A stretch of 64,000 bases of DNA from an uncultured Bacilli bacterium (GTDB lineage: Bacteria > Bacillota_I > Bacilli_A > RF39 > UBA660), in NCBI GenBank assembly GCA_944371315.1, contig CALVXN010000002.1, forward strand, positions 1,046 through 65,045. The letters run 5' to 3'. The notes under the pieces were generated by a model. The model did not search any database and was not told where the DNA came from. It saw only the letters and a program-made list of their open reading frames with translations. Both the position numbers and the translations under genes were made by a program. Shown in pieces: positions 39,456 through 48,111 of this stretch; the first letter of the stretch is position 1; the number at the start of each line of letters is the position of its first letter.

Positions 39456-41102
39456 ATGGAAAAAGTAAAAGTTACTTTTCAAGATAACACTATACATGAA
39501 TACGAAAAAGAAGTATCTTTTTATGAAATAAGTAAAGATATTGATATGAATAATATTATGGGTTTTAAAATTGGAAATGAAGTTTTTTCGTTGGATTGTA
39601 AAGCAACAAATGATTGTAAAATCGAGTTTATTAATACTAATGATATTATAGGAAATAAAATTTATAAAGCAGGTTTAAAATTTTTATTTGAAGTAGCATT
39701 ATTAGAAACTTTTCCTGAATTAGAAATTTCTTATGAACACAGTGTCCCTCGAGGAATGTTAGGAGTAGTTTCTGGAAATAAAATATTAACACAAGACGAT
39801 TTAAATAAAATTAAGTCTAAAATGGCAGATTTAGTTGAAGAAGATGAAAAAATTGAAAAGATTAATGTTTCTCCTAAAGAAGCAATTAAATATTATCAAG
39901 TTACTAATGAATTAGAAAAGGCAAGTAATATTCAAAGTATAAGTGATAAGATGGTTACTTTGTATAAATTACATAATAGATTAAATTACTTTTATTCAAT
40001 TATGCCGTATTCTATTGGAAGTATTAATAAATATGAGCTTATTTATTTAGGAAATAATCGAATTGTATTTTTATTCCCGTCTGTGAATAGTAATGGTAAT
40101 GTTCCTGAATATGTTCATTATGATAAAATAATTGATTCATTTTTAGAGGGGAAAAAATGGTTAGATAATTTAAATATGCCATATATTAGTGATTTAAATA
40201 AAACAATAGGTAATGGAAAAATAAAAGATTTTATAAGGTCTAATGAACTTATATTTAGTTTAAATATTGCCAAAGCAGTTGATAATATTATTAGTAATAG
40301 AGATATAAAGTTTATATTAATTTCAGGACCCTCATCTTCTGGTAAAACAACTACAACGTCTCGCATATCTTCATATTTAGAAGCTTTAGGTTATAATACT
40401 ATAAAAATAAGTTTAGATGATTACTTTGTTGATAGAGATAAAAATCCAGTTGATGAAAATGGCAAATATGATTTTGAGTGTTTAGAAGCAATTGATGTTG
40501 AAGCCTTTAATAATGATTTAAATAGGTTATTAAATGGTGAAGAAATAACTCTTCCAACTTATAATTTTATAACTGGTAAAAGAGAATATTCTAAAGATAA
40601 AGTAATGATGAAAGAAAATACTATATTTTTGATTGAAGGGTTACATGCATTAAATGATGATTTAACAATAAATGTTGAGGACAAATATAAGTATAAAATA
40701 TATTTAAGTCCATTTATTCCACTTAATATTGATGAACATAATTATGTTTCAACAATAGATTTAAGATTACTTAGGAGAATAGTTCGAGATAACCGAACTA
40801 GGGGATACGATATTTTTAAAACGATAGATAATTGGCAAAAAGTGCGATATGGAGAAGAAAAATATATATTTCCATATATTCATCAAGCAAATGTAATAAT
40901 TAATACTGCTCTTGCTTATGAAATAGGGGTTTTAAAAGTATTTGTTGAACCGTTGTTATTATCTGTAGGAGTAGATTCAAATTACTATGAAGAAGCAAGA
41001 AGATTAATAGATTTTTTAAAACAATTTTTTCCTATTCCAGGAGAATATGTAAATGATGAATCAATTTTAAGAGAATTTATAGGAGGAAAATATAATGATT
41101 AA
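39456..41102 (+). CDS. Uridine-kinase-family P-loop NTPase with an N-terminal TGS/ThrRS-like domain
   Basis: Walker A ISGPSSSGKTTT and an IEGLHALND Walker-B-like motif are present, with a long N-terminal extension. Its 3' end overlaps the gap start (ATGATTAA). Confidence 0.65.
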   Translation: MEKVKVTFQDNTIHEYEKEVSFYEISKDIDMNNIMGFKIGNEVFSLDCKATNDCKIEFINTNDIIGNKIYKAGLKFLFEVALLETFPELEISYEHSVPRGMLGVVSGNKILTQDDLNKIKSKMADLVEEDEKIEKINVSPKEAIKYYQVTNELEKASNIQSISDKMVTLYKLHNRLNYFYSIMPYSIGSINKYELIYLGNNRIVFLFPSVNSNGNVPEYVHYDKIIDSFLEGKKWLDNLNMPYISDLNKTIGNGKIKDFIRSNELIFSLNIAKAVDNIISNRDIKFILISGPSSSGKTTTTSRISSYLEALGYNTIKISLDDYFVDRDKNPVDENGKYDFECLEAIDVEAFNNDLNRLLNGEEITLPTYNFITGKREYSKDKVMMKENTIFLIEGLHALNDDLTINVEDKYKYKIYLSPFIPLNIDEHNYVSTIDLRLLRRIVRDNRTRGYDIFKTIDNWQKVRYGEEKYIFPYIHQANVIINTALAYEIGVLKVFVEPLLLSVGVDSNYYEEARRLIDFLKQFFPIPGEYVNDESILREFIGGKYND

Positions 41103-42096
41103 AGTTGCAATTAATGGTTTTGGTAGAATTGGGAGATTAGCTTTTAGACAAATAGTAACACAAACAGATTTTGATATTGTTGCTATTAATGATTTAACTA
41201 GTGCTGAAGATTTAGCATACTTGGTTAAATACGATACAGTTCATGGATCTTTTCATGAAGATGAAATATCTTATGATGGTAACGATTTAATAGTAGCAGG
41301 AAGACATATTAAAGTTTATGCTGAAAAAGATCCTTTAAATCTTCCTTGGAAAGATTTAGATGTTGATCTAGTTTTAGAATGCACTGGTAAATTTACTGCT
41401 TATGAAGACGCTAAAAAGCATATAACTGCTGGAGCTAAAAAGGTTTTAATTTCTGCTCCAGGAAAAGATGATATGAAAACTATTGTATATAATGTTAATG
41501 ATAATACTTTAACTAATGAAGATGTTGTTGTTTCAGCGGCAAGTTGCACTACTAATTGCTTAGCGCCGGTGCTAAAAATTATTAATGATAATTTAGGTAT
41601 AAAAAAAGGTTTCATGACAACAGTTCATGCTTATACAAATGATCAAGCTACCCTTGATATAGCTCATAAAAAGGGAATAAAAGCAAGACGTGGTAGAGCT
41701 TGTGCTCAAAATATTGTTCCTGCTTCTACTGGTGCTGCTAAAGCAATTGGATTGGTAATTCCAGATTTATTAAATAAAATGGATGGAAATGCATTTAGAG
41801 TTCCGGTAGCTGATGGTTCTGTAGTTGATGTTACTCTTGAACTTAATAAAAATACAACAATAGAAGAAATAACTAAATTATTTCAAGATAATCAAAATGA
41901 AACTATAAAAATCACTATGGATCCTATAGTATCAAGTGATATATTAGGTAAAAAGTATGGAGCTATTGTTGATGGACTTTCTACTAGTATTGTTGAATCA
42001 AATGGAACTCAACTTGTTAAAATAATAGCTTGGTATGATAATGAGTATGGTTATACTGCTCAAATGCTTAGGACTGCTAAGAAAATGTTTAATTAA
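41095..42096 (+). CDS. gap: Glyceraldehyde-3-phosphate dehydrogenase
   Basis: MIKVAINGFGRIGR and the active-site SCTTNCLAP, plus WYDNEYGY. Confidence 0.95.
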   Translation: MIKVAINGFGRIGRLAFRQIVTQTDFDIVAINDLTSAEDLAYLVKYDTVHGSFHEDEISYDGNDLIVAGRHIKVYAEKDPLNLPWKDLDVDLVLECTGKFTAYEDAKKHITAGAKKVLISAPGKDDMKTIVYNVNDNTLTNEDVVVSAASCTTNCLAPVLKIINDNLGIKKGFMTTVHAYTNDQATLDIAHKKGIKARRGRACAQNIVPASTGAAKAIGLVIPDLLNKMDGNAFRVPVADGSVVDVTLELNKNTTIEEITKLFQDNQNETIKITMDPIVSSDILGKKYGAIVDGLSTSIVESNGTQLVKIIAWYDNEYGYTAQMLRTAKKMFN

Positions 42097-42103
42097 TACA
42101 AAA

Positions 42104-42159
42104 AAGATTGCGTTAGTTATGTAACCTAAAATTAGGAGATAACATAAGTTTGCAATCTT
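42104..42159. terminator. Long hairpin between convergent gap and the transglutaminase-like gene (bidirectional terminator)
   Basis: AAGATTGC (42104..42111) pairs with GCAATCTT (42152..42159). There is internal TTATGT/ACATAA pairing. The hairpin is flanked by an A-run and a T-run. Confidence 0.6.
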
Positions 42160-42160
42160 T

Positions 42161-43444
42161 TTATTTTAAATGTCTAGTTCTAAATAACTCATATAGTAGT
42201 TTACTTTCTTTAGGTAAAAGTTGATAATGATAACTTGTTTTTATCATTTTATTTAATTCATCATCAGAAGGCTTTGATACTTCCCATATTATATTCTCTA
42301 AAATTGTTGGTGATATCAATTTATTTGCAAGCATTATTATTTTCTTAATTTCTTTATCTATATCGCTTTGTTCTGTTATTTTAAAATTAATACTTAAAAG
42401 GTCATAAAGTTTATTTATTTTTTTAATTAACCTTTTTAATTCTTCATTGATAATAAATGATGGGGCATTTAATTCAATAAATTTTTTATATCTTTCATAA
42501 GCCTTAATTATTGAATAATATGTGTTATCGTCTGGAAATATTAAATTTTGTGTTGCTTTTTCTGTTTCATTGACTGATAGTGGTATTAAAAAATGCCTAA
42601 TATTATGTTTATATCTTACATCATTTTCATCTCTTTTAGAATCCCAAGTTGTATCTATTGCATAAATACCCGTTACTTCATATTTAGAATCATTTATAAA
42701 AACAATATTTTCAGCATGTCCGGGTTTATCTTTGTCTTTAGATGCCCAAGTTAATTTAAAAACTGATAAATTTAAAAATCTTGCTACTGCAAAAAAGTAA
42801 TTACTATAACCTTCGCAAACTATTTTATTTGTTTTTCTAATTTGGTTTATGCTTCTACTAGTTGATATGTCTTCATTTTCACTTTCTTTGTTATACATTT
42901 TTGCTTTTAAATTATAATAAATATAATATATTGTTTCTAAAGGAGAATAATTTCTTTTTTTAATTTTATCGCCGATATTTAATATGTGCTGATACATATC
43001 AATCGTTTCTTGTGATGTTAATAATTCATTTGATGCTATTTCGCATTTATATAAAATATTCGGATTATTATTTTCTGGATGGGTTAAAAAGCTTAATATT
43101 TCATCTAATTCTAAATTATTAAAATCTATTATTAATGGTTTATTTGTTTTAAATATATTTTCTATTTTACCTTTATATGTTTTTAAATAGATTATTGGTA
43201 TAGCATTTATAATTTCGCTTTTTAAATCGCTTTCAAAAACATTTAAGTGTTTAATTACTTTTTTTAGTGTAATTTTTTTTCCTAATTCAGTAAAAAATGT
43301 AGCATCATATGTAAAAGTATTTATAAATTGTTCATAGTTTTCTATATTACTAAAGAATATTGTAATGTGATTATTTTCGTTATATGCATCTATAAACAAA
43401 CTTTGATTAAGTGCCGATGAATCTATTATTATTTCTAATTTCAT
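42161..43444 (-). CDS. Cytoplasmic transglutaminase-like cysteine protease superfamily protein
   Basis: A Cys-His-Asp triad pattern in the expected order and spacing: CEGYSNYF ... PGHAENIVF ... AIDTTWD. No signal peptide. The N- and C-terminal regions are unrecognised. Confidence 0.6.
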   Translation of the reverse strand: MKLEIIIDSSALNQSLFIDAYNENNHITIFFSNIENYEQFINTFTYDATFFTELGKKITLKKVIKHLNVFESDLKSEIINAIPIIYLKTYKGKIENIFKTNKPLIIDFNNLELDEILSFLTHPENNNPNILYKCEIASNELLTSQETIDMYQHILNIGDKIKKRNYSPLETIYYIYYNLKAKMYNKESENEDISTSRSINQIRKTNKIVCEGYSNYFFAVARFLNLSVFKLTWASKDKDKPGHAENIVFINDSKYEVTGIYAIDTTWDSKRDENDVRYKHNIRHFLIPLSVNETEKATQNLIFPDDNTYYSIIKAYERYKKFIELNAPSFIINEELKRLIKKINKLYDLLSINFKITEQSDIDKEIKKIIMLANKLISPTILENIIWEVSKPSDDELNKMIKTSYHYQLLPKESKLLYELFRTRHLK

Positions 43445-43573
43445 GTTTACTTCCTTTTTTGTTGGTTATAGTATCACGTAATAATGGTTTTGTCTATTAA
43501 AAAGTGTAAAGATACGTAAATATATCTTTTTAGGTTTAAATTTGTGTGATATACTTATAATAGGAGGTGCAAA

Positions 43574-44470
43574 ATGGGCGTAAAGATTGATTTGTTAGAA
43601 GTTTTAAGACAAAAAGATCGATTAAGTGATGTTAATACTGAAATGGTTTCTACATTAGCAAAAGTAGATTCAGAGATGAATAATTGTTGCACTAATTTAA
43701 CAGGTGGAGGAACTGCATTAGAAGTTTCTGTTGCTAGTTTAAATAACACTATTTCATCTGTGGCGGAAAAGTTAAAGAAAGCTGTTCCAGTGCTTGTTGA
43801 ATTTATGGATACCCAAATGCAATCTTATAAAGTATCCTTAGAAGAAGCTAATGCTGAACTGCAAGATCTTATTAGTGTTTTAAAAGGTAATTATGCTGAA
43901 GATGGAACAATAACAAATTCTGGAAGATTAATTACTTCAGATATGAGGGCAGATGCAACAATAAATGATTCTGGTTCTTATAGTTCAGGAAAAAATAATT
44001 ATACTACTTTGGAAAATAAGATCGGTTCTGAGACTGAATGGAATAATTTAAATGAATGTTTTTATTATTTTAAAGAAAAAGGCTTATCTGATGAACAAAT
44101 CGCTGGAATTTTGGGCAATGCATGTCAAGAATCTGGGTTTGTTTTAGATATTAAAAATCCTACATCTACTTCAAAAGGTTTATTTCAATGGCTTGATAGC
44201 AGATATCCAAGTGATTGGTCATTAGAAACTCAACTTGATCACGCATGGAACGAAATGCAAGGAACTCCTTGCGGTGGTAATATATCTTCAGTAGTCGATT
44301 CGTTAAGCTCGAAGACTACTGTTGCAGATGCAACAAATACATTCGCTGTATTTTTTGAAGGTGCGAGTAAGCGCAATAATGAAACAGGGGCAATGTATGT
44401 TCCAGATCTTAGTTTTAGAACTAATTTTGCAAATACTATTTATGCTTATATTAAGGATAATTTGACTTAA
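43574..44470 (+). CDS. Signal-peptide-less lysozyme-like hydrolase (phage-tail-lysozyme-type domain) with the same helical N-terminal module
   Basis: The N-module is paralogous to 38656..39444. The C-terminus has AGILGNACQESGF, GLFQW, QLDHAWNEM and TFAVFFEG, which I recognise as the phage tail lysozyme-like pattern. Confidence 0.7.
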   Translation: MGVKIDLLEVLRQKDRLSDVNTEMVSTLAKVDSEMNNCCTNLTGGGTALEVSVASLNNTISSVAEKLKKAVPVLVEFMDTQMQSYKVSLEEANAELQDLISVLKGNYAEDGTITNSGRLITSDMRADATINDSGSYSSGKNNYTTLENKIGSETEWNNLNECFYYFKEKGLSDEQIAGILGNACQESGFVLDIKNPTSTSKGLFQWLDSRYPSDWSLETQLDHAWNEMQGTPCGGNISSVVDSLSSKTTVADATNTFAVFFEGASKRNNETGAMYVPDLSFRTNFANTIYAYIKDNLT

Positions 44471-44500
44471 TTTTATTAAAGTAAGGAAGGAGAGATAATA

Positions 44501-44818
44501 ATGGCAAGTAATGAAGGTCAATATCATATTACTAATGTGGATCATTTAATTGAAAGTGCAGGTAATTTAGCTACTTACAAATCTAATTTGTTAAATAATG
44601 TAAATAGTTTAGAATTTATAAAAAATTCAGTAACTACTAATTGGCAAAATGATGCTGCTTATAGTGATGTTAAGAGCTATGTTGAAGAGTTACAAGCTTG
44701 TATTGATAAATTAAATAATACAATAATACCAACTATTCAAAAGTTTTCTAGCACTATGTATAATTTAGCTATTGCAAATAAAGAAATTGAATCTAATACA
44801 GTTAATGGTAGCAAATAA
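44501..44818 (+). CDS. WXG100-like small helical protein (degenerate WxN motif)
   Basis: 105 aa. TNWQNDAAYSDVKSYVEEL aligns with S. aureus EsxA ANWEGQAFSRFEEQF. Strong RBS GGAAGGAG. Confidence 0.5.
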   Translation: MASNEGQYHITNVDHLIESAGNLATYKSNLLNNVNSLEFIKNSVTTNWQNDAAYSDVKSYVEELQACIDKLNNTIIPTIQKFSSTMYNLAIANKEIESNTVNGSK

Positions 44819-44831
44819 AGGAGTGATATAA

Positions 44832-45164
44832 ATGGTTGATATTAAAACTCAGGAAATATTAAGGTTATATGCTAGAAGTGAAGATGTTAATAAAGCTGTT
44901 ACAAACGATTTAAACAATTCAAATATAGAGTTTAAAAATATTTGTGATAATGTTAATTGTTCAGAATTAACTTCAGCTACAGAAGGTCTTAAAATTGCTG
45001 TTTCAAACATTGCTACTACTATTGATAAAACTTTACCAGTTGTAGCAACATTTATGTTGAAACAGGCAAATTTATATAGTGAAACTGAAACTACAACTGA
45101 TGAAGAAATTAATACATTAGTAAATACAATTTATAACAATATAGGTTTAGAAAGTACTGAATAA
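44832..45164 (+). CDS. Stand-alone paralogue of the effector N-terminal helical module
   Basis: MVDIKTQEILRLY..DVN..N.C.N...A.EGL...LPVVATFMLKQANLYSE aligns column for column with the first ~100 residues of the products of 38656 and 43574. Confidence 0.6.
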   Translation: MVDIKTQEILRLYARSEDVNKAVTNDLNNSNIEFKNICDNVNCSELTSATEGLKIAVSNIATTIDKTLPVVATFMLKQANLYSETETTTDEEINTLVNTIYNNIGLESTE

Positions 45165-45167
45165 TAT

Positions 45168-45195
45168 GAGAACTGCTTTATAGTAGTTCTTTTTA
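45168..45195 (+). terminator. Intrinsic terminator
   Basis: AGAACT ... AGTTCT stem followed by a T-run. Confidence 0.6.
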
Positions 45196-45292
45196 TGTGT
45201 CTAATTTTTAGTTAACAATAAAATAAAAGTTATAAATATATTGAATAAATTTATTTGACATGTTAAAATTGAAATAGTAAGGATAGATTATA

Positions 45293-46900
45293 ATGTTAGA
45301 AAAGAAGAATATAGAAAAAATACTTATTATTTCTGTAATAGCTATATTTGTTGTTGTTAGTGCAACATTTGCTTTTTTTCAATCTCAATTACAAGGTAGT
45401 GAAGAAGGTAATATTAATATTATTAGTGAAACTACTGACCGTTTAAATTTTGATATAAGTGATGAAATCAATTTAAATATAAATCAATTTAATTTTGGTG
45501 TAGGTGCAGGTAATTTGAATAGATCTGCTACTGGAACTGCAACTTTACTTGCAAATAGTAAAACTAATACTGCAAGTTATACTTATTATGTTTATTTTAA
45601 AATTAATTCTAATGATTTTGTTTATACAACTAGTGATTCTAAACCTGAAATTATTTTAACAATTACTAATCCTAGTGGACAAGAAGTTACTTCAATAGAA
45701 GGTTTAAATTATGTTACTGCTACTGGTGCTGATGGAATTCAAGTTAAAGGCTTTGATATAACTATTGCTGATGGCTTATTTGCTGTTGCAGAAAATTATG
45801 CTATATCATCGAATAGTAGCACAACACCAACTACACAAGAGTGGGGCTTTAAAGCTACATTCATAAATCTTGATAGTGATCAACAAAATAACACTGGTAA
45901 AAATATGGATGCTAAAATAATAATGCAAAGGGAAGAATATGATAATTCTTTTGCCAGTTACATTATTAATGATGTTTATACTGCCGATGGAGAAAATGGA
46001 TTATATTTTCATGATGGGGTAGGAAGTTATACAAATGCAGATCAAGAAGCAGGAGATAATTCATATAGATATAGTGGAGCAAATCCAAATAATTATGTAT
46101 GTTTTGGAAGTGATGCAGATACTTGCCCAGATGAATACTTATACCGTATAATTGGAGTTTTTGATGAAGATAGCGATGGAAAATACAATGTTAAATTAAT
46201 AAAAGCCGATTATACAACAAGTGCTATGCTTGGAACAAATGGAAGAGATTATGTTGGAAATTATAGTAGTAGTACATCACAATATAAAGGAAGTATGGAT
46301 ACTAGCACAATAGCAGCATATAGATGGAATTATGATACAAGTGTAAGTTCATATGGATCAAATAATTGGACAACAAGTGAATTAAATAAAATAAATTTAA
46401 ATATAAATTATATAACTTATTTAAGTAATTTATGGAGTGATATGATAGAAGATTCAACATGGCATTTGGGGGGGATGACATCTTCTAGTAATACAGCAAA
46501 AAGTTTTTATAATGGCGAAAGGAATAATGCAGGATATGGAAGTAATCCAACAACATATGGGCCAGAAAATGCAAATGGTAGTTCTACAAAAATAGGATTA
46601 ATGTATCCAAGTGATTATGGGTATGCAGCTTATCCTGATGCATGGGCAACAAATTTAAATTCGTATAGTTCGTCAACAATAACGCCAAATAATTGGTTAT
46701 ATATGGGCTTATCTGAATGGATTATAACACCGTATTCGTCCAGCTCCTACCATGTGTTTTATCTGCGTAGTAACGGCTACTTAGGCAGCCATCGTGCGTC
46801 TAGCGGCTGCTCTGTTAGGCCTGTCTTTTATCTGAAGTCTAATATCTCGTATGTAAGTGGAGACGGGACTAAAGCTTCACCATTTAGAATTGCGGTGTGA
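45293..46900 (+). CDS. Secreted protein with a SipW-dependent (TasA/camelysin-type) signal peptide
   Basis: The N-terminus KILIISVIAIFVVVSATFAFFQSQ resembles the GGGTFAYFSD class of signal peptide. The mature part is S/T/N-rich. The C-terminal block is IGLMYPSDYGYAA ... EWIITP ... CSVRPVFYLKS ... GDGTKASPFRI. Confidence 0.65.
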   Translation: MLEKKNIEKILIISVIAIFVVVSATFAFFQSQLQGSEEGNINIISETTDRLNFDISDEINLNINQFNFGVGAGNLNRSATGTATLLANSKTNTASYTYYVYFKINSNDFVYTTSDSKPEIILTITNPSGQEVTSIEGLNYVTATGADGIQVKGFDITIADGLFAVAENYAISSNSSTTPTTQEWGFKATFINLDSDQQNNTGKNMDAKIIMQREEYDNSFASYIINDVYTADGENGLYFHDGVGSYTNADQEAGDNSYRYSGANPNNYVCFGSDADTCPDEYLYRIIGVFDEDSDGKYNVKLIKADYTTSAMLGTNGRDYVGNYSSSTSQYKGSMDTSTIAAYRWNYDTSVSSYGSNNWTTSELNKINLNINYITYLSNLWSDMIEDSTWHLGGMTSSSNTAKSFYNGERNNAGYGSNPTTYGPENANGSSTKIGLMYPSDYGYAAYPDAWATNLNSYSSSTITPNNWLYMGLSEWIITPYSSSSYHVFYLRSNGYLGSHRASSGCSVRPVFYLKSNISYVSGDGTKASPFRIAV

Positions 46901-46950
46901 GGAACTTTAAAAAAGGCCACGTCGGCATCTTAAACCGACGTGGTCCGACT
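46731..46950. other. Compositionally foreign patch (about 48% GC by hand count) covering the last ~170 nt of the CDS plus a GC-rich hairpin
   Basis: Codons CTG, CGT, AGC, GGC, GCG and GTG appear abruptly here. Hairpin GGCCACGTCGG (46915..46925) / CCGACGTGGTCC (46935..46946) is preceded by an A6 run and has no T-run after it. Confidence 0.8.
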
Positions 46951-46982
46951 TATCAACAAAAAATATTAATAGAAAGGAATAT

Positions 46983-48107
46983 ATGAATACTTTAAAAGAT
47001 ATTGATATTAAGAATAAAAATGTAATAATTAGATGTGATTTTAATGTTCCAATGGAAGATAATGTAATAAAAGATAATTCTAAGATTGTTAAAAGTATTA
47101 AAACATTAAAGTATTTAGTAGATAATAATTGTAGAGTTGTTATACTTAGTCATTTTGGAAGGATTAAAAGTGAAGAAGATAAAGAAAAAAATACTTTAAG
47201 ATATGTTGGGCAAGAACTTAGTAATTTATTACAAAGGGAGGTTAAGTTTGTAAATAAATGTATGGGGGAAAAGGTTAAAGAGTTTGTGTATTCATGTAAC
47301 AAGGGGGATGTTATTTTACTTGAAAATACTAGATTTATGGATTATCCTGAAAAATTAGAAAGTAGTAATAATTTAGAACTTGCTAGATTTTGGGCAAGTC
47401 TTGGGGAAATATTTATAAATGATGCATTTGGATCTATGCATAGAGCTCATGCATCTACTGCTGGTATTTGTAAATTTTTACCTAGTGCTATTGGTTTTTT
47501 AGTTGAAGATGAATTAAATCATTTAAATATACTTGTTAAAGATACACCACATCCATTTTGTGTTTTTATGGGTGGTGCTAAGGTTGATGATAAATTACCT
47601 ATAATTAAATCCTTACTTGATAGGTGTGATTATCTTTTACTTGGTGGTGGTATTGCTAATTCATTTTTAAAAGCAAAGGGTGCTAATGTTGGATTAAGTG
47701 TTGCTACAAATGATGAAGCTATATTAAGTGAATTAAATGAATTAATGAATAAATATAAGGGTAAAATAATATTGCCAATAGATTTTACTATTGATGATGG
47801 AATAATATATGATATAGGTAGTAAAAGTATTGAAATGTATAAAAAATATATTATGGATAGTGAAATAATATTTGTTAATGGAACTTGTGGTAAATTTGAA
47901 GATGATAGATTTACTGAAGGAACAAAAGGTTTATTTGAAGCTTTAAAGATGAGTAATAAAAAGGTTATTGTTGGTGGTGGAGATACAGTTTCTGCTGTTA
48001 GTAAGTTTGGTTATGAAAATAGTTTTTACTATTTATCTAGTGGAGGTGGAGCTACACTAGAATACATTGCTGATGGCACTTTAAAAGCATTAGAATGGAT
48101 GAAGTAA
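46983..48107 (+). CDS. pgk: Phosphoglycerate kinase
   Basis: IIRCDFNVP, ILSHFGR, the FMGGAKVDDK hinge and GGGDT motifs. At 374 aa it is somewhat short. Confidence 0.9.
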   Translation: MNTLKDIDIKNKNVIIRCDFNVPMEDNVIKDNSKIVKSIKTLKYLVDNNCRVVILSHFGRIKSEEDKEKNTLRYVGQELSNLLQREVKFVNKCMGEKVKEFVYSCNKGDVILLENTRFMDYPEKLESSNNLELARFWASLGEIFINDAFGSMHRAHASTAGICKFLPSAIGFLVEDELNHLNILVKDTPHPFCVFMGGAKVDDKLPIIKSLLDRCDYLLLGGGIANSFLKAKGANVGLSVATNDEAILSELNELMNKYKGKIILPIDFTIDDGIIYDIGSKSIEMYKKYIMDSEIIFVNGTCGKFEDDRFTEGTKGLFEALKMSNKKVIVGGGDTVSAVSKFGYENSFYYLSSGGGATLEYIADGTLKALEWMK

Positions 48108-48111
48108 TATT

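Noticed and set aside
43574-44470. Phage-tail-lysozyme-like domain might mark a prophage
   Set aside because: No capsid, portal, terminase, tail, holin or integrase genes are nearby. The neighbours are glycolytic genes and small helical proteins.
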